The notes below the pieces were generated by a model, which saw nothing but the letters and a program-made list of their open reading frames with translations, was not told the origin of the DNA and ran no database searches. The position numbers and the translations under genes are program-made. Positions 9,525 through 19,084 of a stretch of DNA of 64,000 nucleotides are shown here, piece after piece (within the stretch, counting starts at the first letter, position 1; the number at the start of each line of letters is the position of its first letter). This stretch comes from Candidatus Komeilibacteria bacterium CG11_big_fil_rev_8_21_14_0_20_36_20 (GTDB lineage: Bacteria; Patescibacteriota; Patescibacteriia; UBA1558; GWA2-36-10), in NCBI GenBank assembly GCA_002787405.1, contig PCWQ01000007.1, forward strand, positions 102,250 to 166,249, read 5' to 3'.

Positions 9525-10514
9525 CTAGTAGGTTAAAAAGTGCGGGCTCAACGGCTCGTCATTGTGCAATGAACTAATGCAAGTAGCAATAAATGAAGAC
9601 GGATCAATGACTTCAATTTTATCCGACCAGCCATTATTCCTATCATGCGGGATAGTGTCTACGACAATAACTCGATCAATTGCCGAATTATTAATACGAT
9701 CAAAAGCAGACGACTTATCACCTACAACCGGGGTAAAATCTGGATGCACCGCAAAACAGATTACTTGCTCGGCGCCTTTGTCTTTGACAATCTCAGCGGC
9801 AATAGTAAGAGTCGTAGATGATTGCAATAAATCATCAAAGAAACAAACAATCTTACCTTTGACATCGCCCAAGACCTGGCTCTTAGATATATCTACTGTT
9901 TTAGTTTGATGGTTAGTAATTTTCCGAACCAAACAAATATCAGAAATGCCGGTCAAGCTTGATACAGCATCCGCCCTCTTAGAAGACCCCACATCAGGGC
10001 TGCCAATCACTACCTGGCCGTCAATGTTCATTGCTTTAAAACGCTCGATTAGCAATCGCATTAAATAAACGTGATCGGTTGGTATGTCAAAAAAACCGGC
10101 CGTGGCTGAATTGTGTAGGTCAAATAACAAAACTCTGTTTAAACCGCATTGCGAAAGTCGCTTAGCAATAACTTTCAGACTACGACTTTCTCTTGGTATA
10201 GTTCTTCTGTCTTGTTTGGAGTATCCCAACCAAGGAATAACTCCTGTAATCCGGCCGGCCGAATCTCTCAAGCAATCAACTAAAAATTCTACCTCTTCAA
10301 TCATGCTGTGTGGACCACGAGAGTGCAGACTTTGTAAGACAAAAACATCATCTCCTCTCACATTCTCCTTAACTACGGTATGAATTTCCCCGTCCGGAAA
10401 TTTTCCAAGAGCCAAATCAATCAAAGGTATGCCTAAACTGCTGGCAATGCGATTAGATAAATCAGGATGGCTGGTTCCGCTAATCAGCTTTAAATTACCA
10501 TAAGTGCCTTTCAT
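9525..10514 (-). CDS. prs: Ribose-phosphate pyrophosphokinase (divergent)
   Basis: FPDGEI, ENVRGDDVFVLQS, YSKQDRR, DLH, SPDVG, AVHP. Confidence 0.9.
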   Translation of the reverse strand: MKGTYGNLKLISGTSHPDLSNRIASSLGIPLIDLALGKFPDGEIHTVVKENVRGDDVFVLQSLHSRGPHSMIEEVEFLVDCLRDSAGRITGVIPWLGYSKQDRRTIPRESRSLKVIAKRLSQCGLNRVLLFDLHNSATAGFFDIPTDHVYLMRLLIERFKAMNIDGQVVIGSPDVGSSKRADAVSSLTGISDICLVRKITNHQTKTVDISKSQVLGDVKGKIVCFFDDLLQSSTTLTIAAEIVKDKGAEQVICFAVHPDFTPVVGDKSSAFDRINNSAIDRVIVVDTIPHDRNNGWSDKIEVIDPSSFIATCISSLHNDEPLSPHFLTY

Positions 10515-10638
10515 AATTCTCTCCCTTACTCTGAAGTTTTAATGTGCTTTTCTTATATCTTAATATTCTCAAAAAAATTGTCAAATAAAAAACTCCCCCT
10601 GCATTTTTATGCGCAGGGAAGTGAGAATAAGAAATAAT

Positions 10639-11268
10639 CTACAAAAATAAATTTATAAATCGAATAAAAAAGTCAAAAATATGCCCAAAAATATTAAAAC
10701 CAAGCAAATTATCCATAATCAATAAAATCAATAATATCCAAGGCCCATTAATAGACAATCTCCTTTTAAAATCACTAAGGTGGTCTGGCAGCAGAGCAAA
10801 CAATACTTTGGAGCCATCCAGCGGCGGAATTGGTATTAAATTAAAAATACCTAAAATTAAATTAATCAAAATAAGCTGAGCTAAAAAAACAAAGAGTAAA
10901 TTGTCATAAGGTAGGATAGGATCTAAAAATCTAAAAATAATTATAAAAAAGAAAACACTAATAAAATTGGACAAGGGGCCAGCTAAGGAAACTGCCAACT
11001 CTCCAAAACGACGCCATTTGAGATTATAAACATTAACCGGCACTGGCCTACCCCAACCAAAACCAGCTAACAAAAGCATCAAGGTACCGAAAAATTCTAA
11101 ATGTGCCAAAGGGTTAAAAGTCAACCGGCCGCTATACTTAGCCGTATTATCTCCTAAATAAGTGGCTGCGGCGGCATGAGCAAACTCATGGATCGTCAGT
11201 GCATAAACAATGGCCAGAATGATGACCAAAAACATCTGAGGAGTTTGAAATAAAAGATTTAAAAGCAT
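10639..11268 (-). CDS. Site-2 (M50) membrane metalloprotease
   Basis: HEFAH, AGPLSN, FNLIPIPPLDG motifs. Confidence 0.95.
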   Translation of the reverse strand: MLLNLLFQTPQMFLVIILAIVYALTIHEFAHAAAATYLGDNTAKYSGRLTFNPLAHLEFFGTLMLLLAGFGWGRPVPVNVYNLKWRRFGELAVSLAGPLSNFISVFFFIIIFRFLDPILPYDNLLFVFLAQLILINLILGIFNLIPIPPLDGSKVLFALLPDHLSDFKRRLSINGPWILLILLIMDNLLGFNIFGHIFDFFIRFINLFL

Positions 11269-11381
11269 ACTTTACAAAATTATTTTTTTATGCTAATATT
11301 ATGCAATGTTATATAAAATCATTATAACTTAATTAAACAAAAAAGCAACTACCCCCTACAAAATAATTAATCAAGAAAGAT

Positions 11382-11570
11382 ATGGCTAGAATATGCGATC
11401 TATGCAGACGAGGAGCAATAACTGGCAACCAGCGCAGTCATTCCAAGGTGGCTAGTAAAAGAATGATGAGCATCAACTTGCAAACTAAAAAACTGAACGG
11501 CAAGAAAATACTTGTCTGTACTTCTTGTATCAAAACTATCAATAAACTAAAAAAGAACCGAACAATATAA
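11382..11570 (+). CDS. rpmB: 50S ribosomal protein L28
   Basis: MARICDLC...GNQRSHS...NLQ...CTSCIK; terminator at 11576-11610. Confidence 0.95.
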   Translation: MARICDLCRRGAITGNQRSHSKVASKRMMSINLQTKKLNGKKILVCTSCIKTINKLKKNRTI

Positions 11571-11619
11571 AAATCAAAAAATCATCTCAGAATTCAAAAG
11601 ATGATTTTTTATTTGCTTA

Positions 11620-11862
11620 AAAAACAAAAAGACGTTTTTACCGTATGAAACTAATAAAACGCCTTTTTGCTAGCCATCTCTGTGTACCATTCATTTTTAA
11701 TTAATAATTAAGACGACCGATAGCCCTTCTATTCAGACCGAAGCTAACCCCTGTGAAACAGGTGGGATTCCGCAAATTAAAACCACGGTTTTAATTAATA
11801 TAGAATTCCCTATACTACAATTTTATAGAATTGCTTATTGGCCCGAAAATAAAGAACTACAT
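11620..11862 (-). ncRNA. Structured small RNA candidate (~240 nt), unknown family
   Basis: TG-extended TATAAT at 11867-11872 with TTGCGC upstream; multibranch helices; terminator 11626-11669; no ORF. Confidence 0.6.
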
Positions 11863-11975
11863 TTGTATTATAGCATACTGCCAAAGACGCGCAAATTAAT
11901 AATAGCCCTTCTTAGACATCTCCCCCTAAATTAGGGAGCGAAAAACTCGGCATATGCCGGGTTAGAAGGGGTGTT

Positions 11976-12554
11976 TTAATCAACAAAACGTTTATAATTA
12001 AAAATGACTTTTCTAGTGCCAAACCAGTGCTTAATCTCATGCTGGGCTTCTTCGGGTGTTTCTGAAGCATGGACTAGATTCATCACTGCTCTTTTTTCTG
12101 TATTGGCTACGGCCGGAGAATCAGCTGAATAATCACCGCGTAAAGTTCCCATATCAGCTAAAGAAGGTATAGTCACACCGCAGATTTTACGAACCATATC
12201 AACCGCATGAATGCCTTCGACCACCATGCGTACCAGAGGGGCAGAAGTCATATACTCAATCAGCCAACCACGCACCATGGTACCAATCTCCAAATCATTA
12301 TCAGTCCCCAACTCTTTTTTAGAATCAATATTATATTTTTTATAAGTGCCTAAAGTTTTCTGTCCTAGACGACTAATCCAAGCTTCATCTTTAGGATAAT
12401 GCTGATCAATATCTTCTTTAGATGGCTGAAACATTTCCAAGCCCACTACTTTCAAATCTCGCTGTTCAAAACGGCGAATAATTTCACCGATTAAGCCCTT
12501 CTTAACTCCATCCGGCTTAATCATAACAAAAGTTTTTTCGTTTTTAAAATTCAT
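11976..12554 (-). CDS. ndk: Nucleoside-diphosphate kinase (long form)
   Basis: TFVMIKPDGV, GTLRGD, NLVHASE. Confidence 0.95.
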   Translation of the reverse strand: MNFKNEKTFVMIKPDGVKKGLIGEIIRRFEQRDLKVVGLEMFQPSKEDIDQHYPKDEAWISRLGQKTLGTYKKYNIDSKKELGTDNDLEIGTMVRGWLIEYMTSAPLVRMVVEGIHAVDMVRKICGVTIPSLADMGTLRGDYSADSPAVANTEKRAVMNLVHASETPEEAQHEIKHWFGTRKVIFNYKRFVD

Positions 12555-12660
12555 ACAGTTTATCTATTATCTAAACCTATCCCCACCAAATAGCGGTGAG
12601 GAAAGACTGACGCTCAAACAAGCATCAATAATTAATCAAATAAATTATATTAAGAAAAAA

Positions 12661-13047
12661 TTATTTTAACTTAACAAGCTCTTCCTTTACCTTACTCACT
12701 ACCTCGGCTGGCGTAATATTGGCCTTGACTAAATAACCAACCGCCCCCAGTTCTTTACCTTTTTTGACGTCCTCTTCCTGGCCAAGATTTGTCAAAAGCA
12801 TTACCGGCACATCTTTAGTCTGAGGATCGTCTTTAAGAGCTTTTAAAACAGAAAAGCCGTCCATTTTAGGCATAATAATATCCAACAAAATAAAATCCGG
12901 CTTAATAGTCTTACTCAATTCCAATCCTTTGGCACCATCCAGGGCTTTGGTTAGTTCAAACCCTTCATTTTTGAACTTAATTTCATACATATTAGCCAAC
13001 ATTTCTTCGTCCTCAATAAGTAAAATCCTTAATTTATCTTTTGCCAT
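12661..13047 (-). CDS. Single-domain response regulator (receiver)
   Basis: ILLIEDE, ILLDIIMPKMDG, LTN, YLVK. Confidence 0.95.
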   Translation of the reverse strand: MAKDKLRILLIEDEEMLANMYEIKFKNEGFELTKALDGAKGLELSKTIKPDFILLDIIMPKMDGFSVLKALKDDPQTKDVPVMLLTNLGQEEDVKKGKELGAVGYLVKANITPAEVVSKVKEELVKLK

Positions 13048-13114
13048 ACGATACTTTATTTAATGATTTAATGTTTCTATTATATAATAAGAATTAGCAG
13101 AAATCAAGCTAAAA

Positions 13115-13942
13115 TTACCTGATCAGCCAATTCTGACCATCACTGATAATATTAATAGTCCCCCTAAACTGATTTTGCTCGATTTGACAGCCAATAGTAC
13201 GCAGACGATCTAAGGCCTCCTGATGAGGGTGACCAAATTTATTTCCCTGACCAGACTGAATTATACACAACTCAGGACTAACAGCCGCCAAAAAATCCTG
13301 ACCGGAAGAATATTGACTGCCATGATGGCCAACTTTAAAAATCTCTGATTCCAAAATAAATGGGCTCTGAAGTAGTTTTGATTCTTGAGTGCTGGGCAAA
13401 TCGCCCATGAACAAATAATCTATCCTCCCAAAACTTAATCTCATGACCAAAGAATTCTCATTATAATCTTCGTGATAACCATCAGCCAATAATACCTGCC
13501 AAGATAAATTATTATTTAAAATAAATTTTTCGCCTGGCTGAACAATAGTCTCTCTTAAATTGTGCGCCGTCAAAGCATCAATCCAAATTTGATAAAGAAA
13601 ATCATCTGTCGGCTGATGACCAGTAGTTAAAATATGCTCCACTTCATATTTATTTAATAATTCCATTAATCCCATAATATGATCGGCGTGATAATGAGAA
13701 ATAATCAGATAATCAATTTTTCTTTCCCACCAAGGAAGATTTTTAGCTATTTCTGATAATAATTTATTATCGGCACCGCCATCAATTAAAATATTTTGCC
13801 CAGTTGGTGCTTGAATTAAAATAGCATCGCCCTGACCAATATCTAAAAAACTAACCATTAAATTATTATTATTTTTATTTAAACTAAAAAATAAAATTAG
13901 TAACAATAAAATAACGCCAATAATTATTTTTAATTTATTCAT
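13115..13942 (-). CDS. ComEC-type metallo-beta-lactamase domain protein
   Basis: DIGQGDA, HYHADH, KVGHHGS, GHPH. Confidence 0.9.
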   Translation of the reverse strand: MNKLKIIIGVILLLLILFFSLNKNNNNLMVSFLDIGQGDAILIQAPTGQNILIDGGADNKLLSEIAKNLPWWERKIDYLIISHYHADHIMGLMELLNKYEVEHILTTGHQPTDDFLYQIWIDALTAHNLRETIVQPGEKFILNNNLSWQVLLADGYHEDYNENSLVMRLSFGRIDYLFMGDLPSTQESKLLQSPFILESEIFKVGHHGSQYSSGQDFLAAVSPELCIIQSGQGNKFGHPHQEALDRLRTIGCQIEQNQFRGTINIISDGQNWLIR

Positions 13943-15395
13943 ATTGATGTGGCTTTAAAATCATAGTAATAATTATCATTAAAAATAAACTCAAAAATAA
14001 ATAAGTTAAAGAAAAATTATTAATCTGCCAGTATGCTAAAGGCAGCTGCGATAATCTTTGGGCAATTTCAGTCATAATTTTTAATAGCATAAATAAAGAC
14101 CAAGCAATAATATTAGCTAACAAAGGCAGCCAGCCAAAAATAGCTAAAGCCAAACTTAACACTAAAATCAATGGCAAAAGCGGCAAAATCAAAAAATTAG
14201 CCACCGGAGCAATCAGAGAAAAAATATTAAAATGAAAAACAATCAAAGGCCAAGTAAATATTTGGGCTGATAAAGTAACTGCTAAAACCTCTCTGATTTT
14301 CCATTTGACTGGCGCTATTTTTAAAGTTTGGTTAAAAAATTTAACATAAAATAATAATCCTAAAACCGCTAAAAATGATAATTGAAAACCAATATCGTAA
14401 ATCAAAACATAAGGATTAAGCAAAATAAAAATATCTGCCGCCAAAAGCAAACTAAAAACCGAAGTGGTTTGTCGTCCTAAAAACGGTCCTAACAAAACCA
14501 TAATAACCATTAAACTGGCCCTGACTGCTGAACTGGGGAAACCAAGTAAATACAAATAAATTAACAAAATAATAATTAGAAAATAAAATATTATTTTCCG
14601 TGATAAGCCCAGAGCGCTTAAAACAGACTGCAACAGCCAGACAATTATAGCAATATGTAAACCCGAAATAGCAATCACATGACTTAAGCCAACTTTAGCA
14701 AAGATCTCCCGTAAATCAGCTGGTATTTCCCTACGGCTGGCCAAAATAATTGCCTTAGATAAAGAAGAAGCCGGCTCGACTAAATAATTATTTAAATTTT
14801 TTAAAAAATATTCTTTAGCTTTGAATAATCCCTGACCTTTATTTTCAATTAATTTTATTCTTGGTCGAAAACAAGTAGCCAAAATTCTATCTTTAGCTAA
14901 ATATTTATTATAAGCAAATTTGTTTCCCTGGTCATCAATAATCTCTTCTGGCTGATACACCTTACAGCTGATTTCTAAAAGATCACCGTGAGTATAGGTG
15001 GGATACAATGGCGCGTAAACAATAATCTGATTATTAAAATTTTCTAAATTTTCCGGCTGAACTACCAATTGCCAGCCATCTAACTTTTTATCAGTATCTT
15101 TAATCACGGCTTCAAAAGTATAAAATTCTCCATAAGCAAAATTATTAGCTGTCTTGACTTCTGGTTGAATAAAATAATAAAAACGAATAATAGCTAATAA
15201 AATAATTATTAACCATAAAAAATAACGACACTTTAATAATAAAAATGTCGCTAAAATTAAAACAGCTAAAATATAAACTATATTCTGGCTGATGATTAAA
15301 TCAAAATCTTCAATCTTAACAAAAACCAGTAAAACAAAATTTGCTAATATTAAAATAAGACTAACTGCTAAGAAGAATTTGCTCTTGGCCATCAA
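13935..15395 (-). CDS. comEC: ComEC/Rec2 competence channel (membrane part)
   Basis: HVIAISGLH, SAVRA, GFQLSF motifs; multiple TM segments. Confidence 0.9.
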   Translation of the reverse strand: MMAKSKFFLAVSLILILANFVLLVFVKIEDFDLIISQNIVYILAVLILATFLLLKCRYFLWLIIILLAIIRFYYFIQPEVKTANNFAYGEFYTFEAVIKDTDKKLDGWQLVVQPENLENFNNQIIVYAPLYPTYTHGDLLEISCKVYQPEEIIDDQGNKFAYNKYLAKDRILATCFRPRIKLIENKGQGLFKAKEYFLKNLNNYLVEPASSLSKAIILASRREIPADLREIFAKVGLSHVIAISGLHIAIIVWLLQSVLSALGLSRKIIFYFLIIILLIYLYLLGFPSSAVRASLMVIMVLLGPFLGRQTTSVFSLLLAADIFILLNPYVLIYDIGFQLSFLAVLGLLFYVKFFNQTLKIAPVKWKIREVLAVTLSAQIFTWPLIVFHFNIFSLIAPVANFLILPLLPLILVLSLALAIFGWLPLLANIIAWSLFMLLKIMTEIAQRLSQLPLAYWQINNFSLTYLFLSLFLMIIITMILKPHQYE

Positions 15396-15473
15396 AATCG
15401 CTTTATTATTTAATTGGAGTTATTTTAATATAAAAACCTTAGCTAAGTCAATCTACTATTAACAAAAATCAAA

Positions 15474-16931
15474 TTAATTACTCAAAATATTTGGATTTAA
15501 AGGCAAATAAGGAAGTAAATAACTATTGTGATATTGCTGGTTGTAAGACCAAATCAGATTATCGCTAGCTTCTGATTTATCATCCAATAAATAAATTTGC
15601 AAGCTGGCACTGGATTCCACCTGATCGGCCTTAATCAATAATTTAATATCAGTCCCCTCTGGACTAACCGATAAACCTAAGGGCCAGTTGGCAGTAATCT
15701 GACCTTCATTTATGATAAGATCAGTATGCTCAAACTGATTATTAGCCCAAATCTCTACTTCAGAAATTTCAACGCCGTAGCTATCCAGTCGCCAACTTAG
15801 TTTATTCAAACTTACGTTATCCTGACCACGAGCTTTGACCTTAAGATTGAAAAGTGTGTTCCAGCCAGACGATAGTGCTTTATTTGATTCGCCATTATCA
15901 AATTCAGGAAAATGGTCTCTAACCTCTATCCGACTCAAAAATAACTGTTCCGAAAATTCTATATCCTGACCGGAAGCAAAACCAAGCCCTTGGGCTTGAA
16001 TTAAATGAAAATCATAAACTCCAACCGGCAAATCAAAAGCGTAAACTTTTAAATTGATGCTCTTGTTGGCTGCCAGAACCACTGGTTTATCTAAAATAAA
16101 AACAATTTGCTGACTATCTGAATCTGGCTTGCTGATAGCCACCGTCTTACTATCATCGGATAAAGTAAAAATCTGGTCAGTTGATAAATTTTGATCCGAC
16201 TGATAACCAACCACTATTTGCCTAAGATCAATCATCTCGCCAGTGTTATTCAAAATAAACGAAGCTATCTGGTTGGCTTCCCGACTGGCTGCCAAGAAAT
16301 CTGTTTTTTTAAAATTATTATAGGCAGAAATACTGCCTTTTTCTATAAAAGAAATTAAACCTCCGGTCACTGGAAAATCTCCTTGAGCTGTAAACACATG
16401 ATCCTGATAAGACAAAAATACGGCCTGAGCATCTTCTAAACTAAACTGCAAAATATCACCAGCTGCTAAATATTGATTGGAAGCCAATAAAATACTAAAT
16501 TCATTTTGACCAACCGGTAATTTATAGCCCGCCGCATCAAAATAAATATAGCCCTGCTCATCAATATCAGCCATTTGTCCTAATTGCATCCCCTGATGAT
16601 ATAATTTTAAATCAGCTAAAATTGCCGGATCATACAAACCATTAACATATACTTTTATTTTATTAAGAACCAAGCCACTCTGGCTGGTTTGAATAACTAA
16701 ATTAAAAACCGCCAAGCGAGAGAAATCCACAACCACAATCTGATCGGTTGAATCAGCGATGACAATGGCCGCATTGTGCAAATCAACCGCTGCTTTACTG
16801 ACCGGCCCTTTACTCATACTCAAAGAGAAAACAAAAACCAAAATAGCAATAAATAAAAGAGTAAGATAAATTTTAAAATCCATCATATCTTTCTTTTGTT
16901 GATCTAATGGCGGACTTAAGTGCTCAAACAT
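15474..16931 (-). CDS. Hypothetical exported beta-rich (Ig-like repeat) surface protein
   Basis: N-terminal TM/signal segment; roughly three beta-sandwich-like repeats; C-terminal LPYLP...LSN. Confidence 0.6.
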   Translation of the reverse strand: MFEHLSPPLDQQKKDMMDFKIYLTLLFIAILVFVFSLSMSKGPVSKAAVDLHNAAIVIADSTDQIVVVDFSRLAVFNLVIQTSQSGLVLNKIKVYVNGLYDPAILADLKLYHQGMQLGQMADIDEQGYIYFDAAGYKLPVGQNEFSILLASNQYLAAGDILQFSLEDAQAVFLSYQDHVFTAQGDFPVTGGLISFIEKGSISAYNNFKKTDFLAASREANQIASFILNNTGEMIDLRQIVVGYQSDQNLSTDQIFTLSDDSKTVAISKPDSDSQQIVFILDKPVVLAANKSINLKVYAFDLPVGVYDFHLIQAQGLGFASGQDIEFSEQLFLSRIEVRDHFPEFDNGESNKALSSGWNTLFNLKVKARGQDNVSLNKLSWRLDSYGVEISEVEIWANNQFEHTDLIINEGQITANWPLGLSVSPEGTDIKLLIKADQVESSASLQIYLLDDKSEASDNLIWSYNQQYHNSYLLPYLPLNPNILSN

Positions 16932-16970
16932 ATTTCTATTATACTATAAAAAAAAATAAAAATAAATATC

Positions 16971-18059
16971 TTAATTCTTAGTTGCACCTTCTTTTAATTT
17001 TGCCTGAATAAAATCTATAATTCCTCCATCTAAAACCCGCTGAGGATTATCTGATTCATAATTTGTGCGATGGTCTTTAACCATCTTATAAGGATGTAAA
17101 ACATAAGAACGTATCTGATTACCCCAAGCCGCTTCCGTATATTCACCCTTGAGGGCTTTTTTTTCATCATCTTGTTCAACTTCGTGATATCTCTGCAATT
17201 TGCTCTTTAGATATGCTAAGGCCTGTTTTTTATTTTGCAATTGAGATCTCTCGTTTTGACAAACAGCCGTTAACCCCGTTGGCAAATGAGTAAGTCGCAC
17301 TGCAGAATCAGTAGTATTGACTGATTGACCGCCGTGACCCGATGCCCGAAAAGTGTCAACTTTCAACTCACCTTCTTTAATATCTATCCCCGTCTCCGTC
17401 AATTCCGGCAAGACTTCCACCATAGCAAAAGATGTATGCCGCGCCTGATCAGCGTCAAACGGGGAAAGCCGCACTAAACGATGGACACCTTTCTCATTTT
17501 TCAAATAACCATAAACTTGCGGACCACTAACCTTAAAAGTGGCACTTTTAATTCCTGCTTCTGCTCCAGGCGATCTGGACAAATATTTAACTGTCCAATT
17601 ATTTTGTTCAGCAAAACGAAGATACATCCGCTCCAGCATTTGAGCCCAATCCTGAGCATCATCACCGCCAGCCCCGGCTTTAATAGTTACAATTGCCGGC
17701 AGATGATCATATTTATCTTTAAAAAGCAATTGCTCCGATAATTTTTCAAAAATATTTTTAATATTCTCAAAATCCTGATTTAAATCTCCTAACAATTCCT
17801 CCGCTTGCGGATCCTGGGATAAATTATCTAAATTTTTAATCTGCTCTTCAAGATTTCTCCAATTATTAATATCCTGTTCTAGCTGACTGGCTACTGTGCT
17901 AACAGCCTTGGCTTGATCCTGATTATGCCAAAAATCAGCCACTGACATTTGCTGGCTTAAATCTTCTAATTTTTTTTCCTTACCAATTATTTTAAGGTCT
18001 AAAATGGATTGATTAATCTGAAAAACTAAATCTTTAATTTTAACGCGTAACTCTTCCAC
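16971..18059 (-). CDS. prfB: Peptide chain release factor 2 (no programmed frameshift)
   Basis: SPF tripeptide, GGQ, WGNQIRSYV; continuous ORF. Confidence 0.97.
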   Translation of the reverse strand: MEELRVKIKDLVFQINQSILDLKIIGKEKKLEDLSQQMSVADFWHNQDQAKAVSTVASQLEQDINNWRNLEEQIKNLDNLSQDPQAEELLGDLNQDFENIKNIFEKLSEQLLFKDKYDHLPAIVTIKAGAGGDDAQDWAQMLERMYLRFAEQNNWTVKYLSRSPGAEAGIKSATFKVSGPQVYGYLKNEKGVHRLVRLSPFDADQARHTSFAMVEVLPELTETGIDIKEGELKVDTFRASGHGGQSVNTTDSAVRLTHLPTGLTAVCQNERSQLQNKKQALAYLKSKLQRYHEVEQDDEKKALKGEYTEAAWGNQIRSYVLHPYKMVKDHRTNYESDNPQRVLDGGIIDFIQAKLKEGATKN

Positions 18060-18096
18060 TTAGATAAGCTTAATTATTATAATCTTTATATAAAAA

Positions 18097-18432
18097 TTAA
18101 TTATTACAATATTGTTGAATCAACGCTCGCAATTCATCGCTGTTTAAAGTGTCTACGGCCCGTGATGGTTCATTTAGCAAATCACTACCAAAGCTATCTG
18201 AGGAAAATTTAAATAAATTTAACAATGGGCCTAAATTATCAAAATATTCTCTCACAAACGGTAGTAAATAAATAATACCCACAATGATTGGTCCGGCGAT
18301 TAAAACTATCTTCAGAATGTTGCCAATTGTACTCCACAGCATCTTACGCTGTATTTTAGAGACTTTTTCTTCTAAACTTTCTAAAATCTTCTGATTTTTT
18401 AAAACTAATTGTTTTAACTCTTCATCCAGCAT
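18097..18432 (-). CDS. Hypothetical membrane protein
   Basis: Coiled-coil N-terminus plus one TM helix. Confidence 0.7.
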   Translation of the reverse strand: MLDEELKQLVLKNQKILESLEEKVSKIQRKMLWSTIGNILKIVLIAGPIIVGIIYLLPFVREYFDNLGPLLNLFKFSSDSFGSDLLNEPSRAVDTLNSDELRALIQQYCNN

Positions 18433-18500
18433 ATCTTTATAATAAATTAATTATAGAAAATCATTTCAATTATAGCAAAAAAAGAGTGATTAGGAAATCA

Positions 18501-19079
18501 CTACTTTTTTAACTTATGCCACAGTTTCAGCCAAAACGGACGATGATAAAAGATAAAATTAGTTCCTAGCCAGCCCTTTTTCTTCCTTCTTAATTTAAAT
18601 AAGGAAAATATGACCTGAATCATTAAAGCTATGATCAATAATCCACCAAAAACAATCAAAAATACCGCCGCGCCCGACCAACGCCAATATGATTTAGTAA
18701 TATTAACGGTCACTGGAATTTTAAAACCAGAAGCGGCATTAAAGCTTTTTTTATTCAAAGCTCTGGTTACCACCGAAAGATAAGTATTTTCCACTCCTGT
18801 CGGCCAACCATTAAAATCAATCCTCAATTTTATCTTTGTTGCTTCCTCCGGCAATAATTTAACTTCTGATGGCTCTGTTTTTATATTCTCTTGAAAATGA
18901 TCCAGCTCAATTTGAACCATGACTGGTTCGGCAGAAATATTAGTCACTGTCAAATACGATTCTCTAATATCTGGAAATAAAACATCTAAAGACGAAGGAG
19001 AAACCGATACGCCAACGGCTAAACTGCCCAGAGGCCAAAATAATCCTAAAAATATTAAAATTCTAAATAATATCCTCAT
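18501..19079 (-). CDS. Exported Ig/PapD-like (DUF916-like) protein with C-terminal TM anchor
   Basis: Signal peptide; VSVSPSSLD...LTVTN...EPSEVKLLPEE pattern; TM helix plus basic tail. Confidence 0.6.
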   Translation of the reverse strand: MRILFRILIFLGLFWPLGSLAVGVSVSPSSLDVLFPDIRESYLTVTNISAEPVMVQIELDHFQENIKTEPSEVKLLPEEATKIKLRIDFNGWPTGVENTYLSVVTRALNKKSFNAASGFKIPVTVNITKSYWRWSGAAVFLIVFGGLLIIALMIQVIFSLFKLRRKKKGWLGTNFIFYHRPFWLKLWHKLKK

Positions 19080-19084
19080 AAAAA

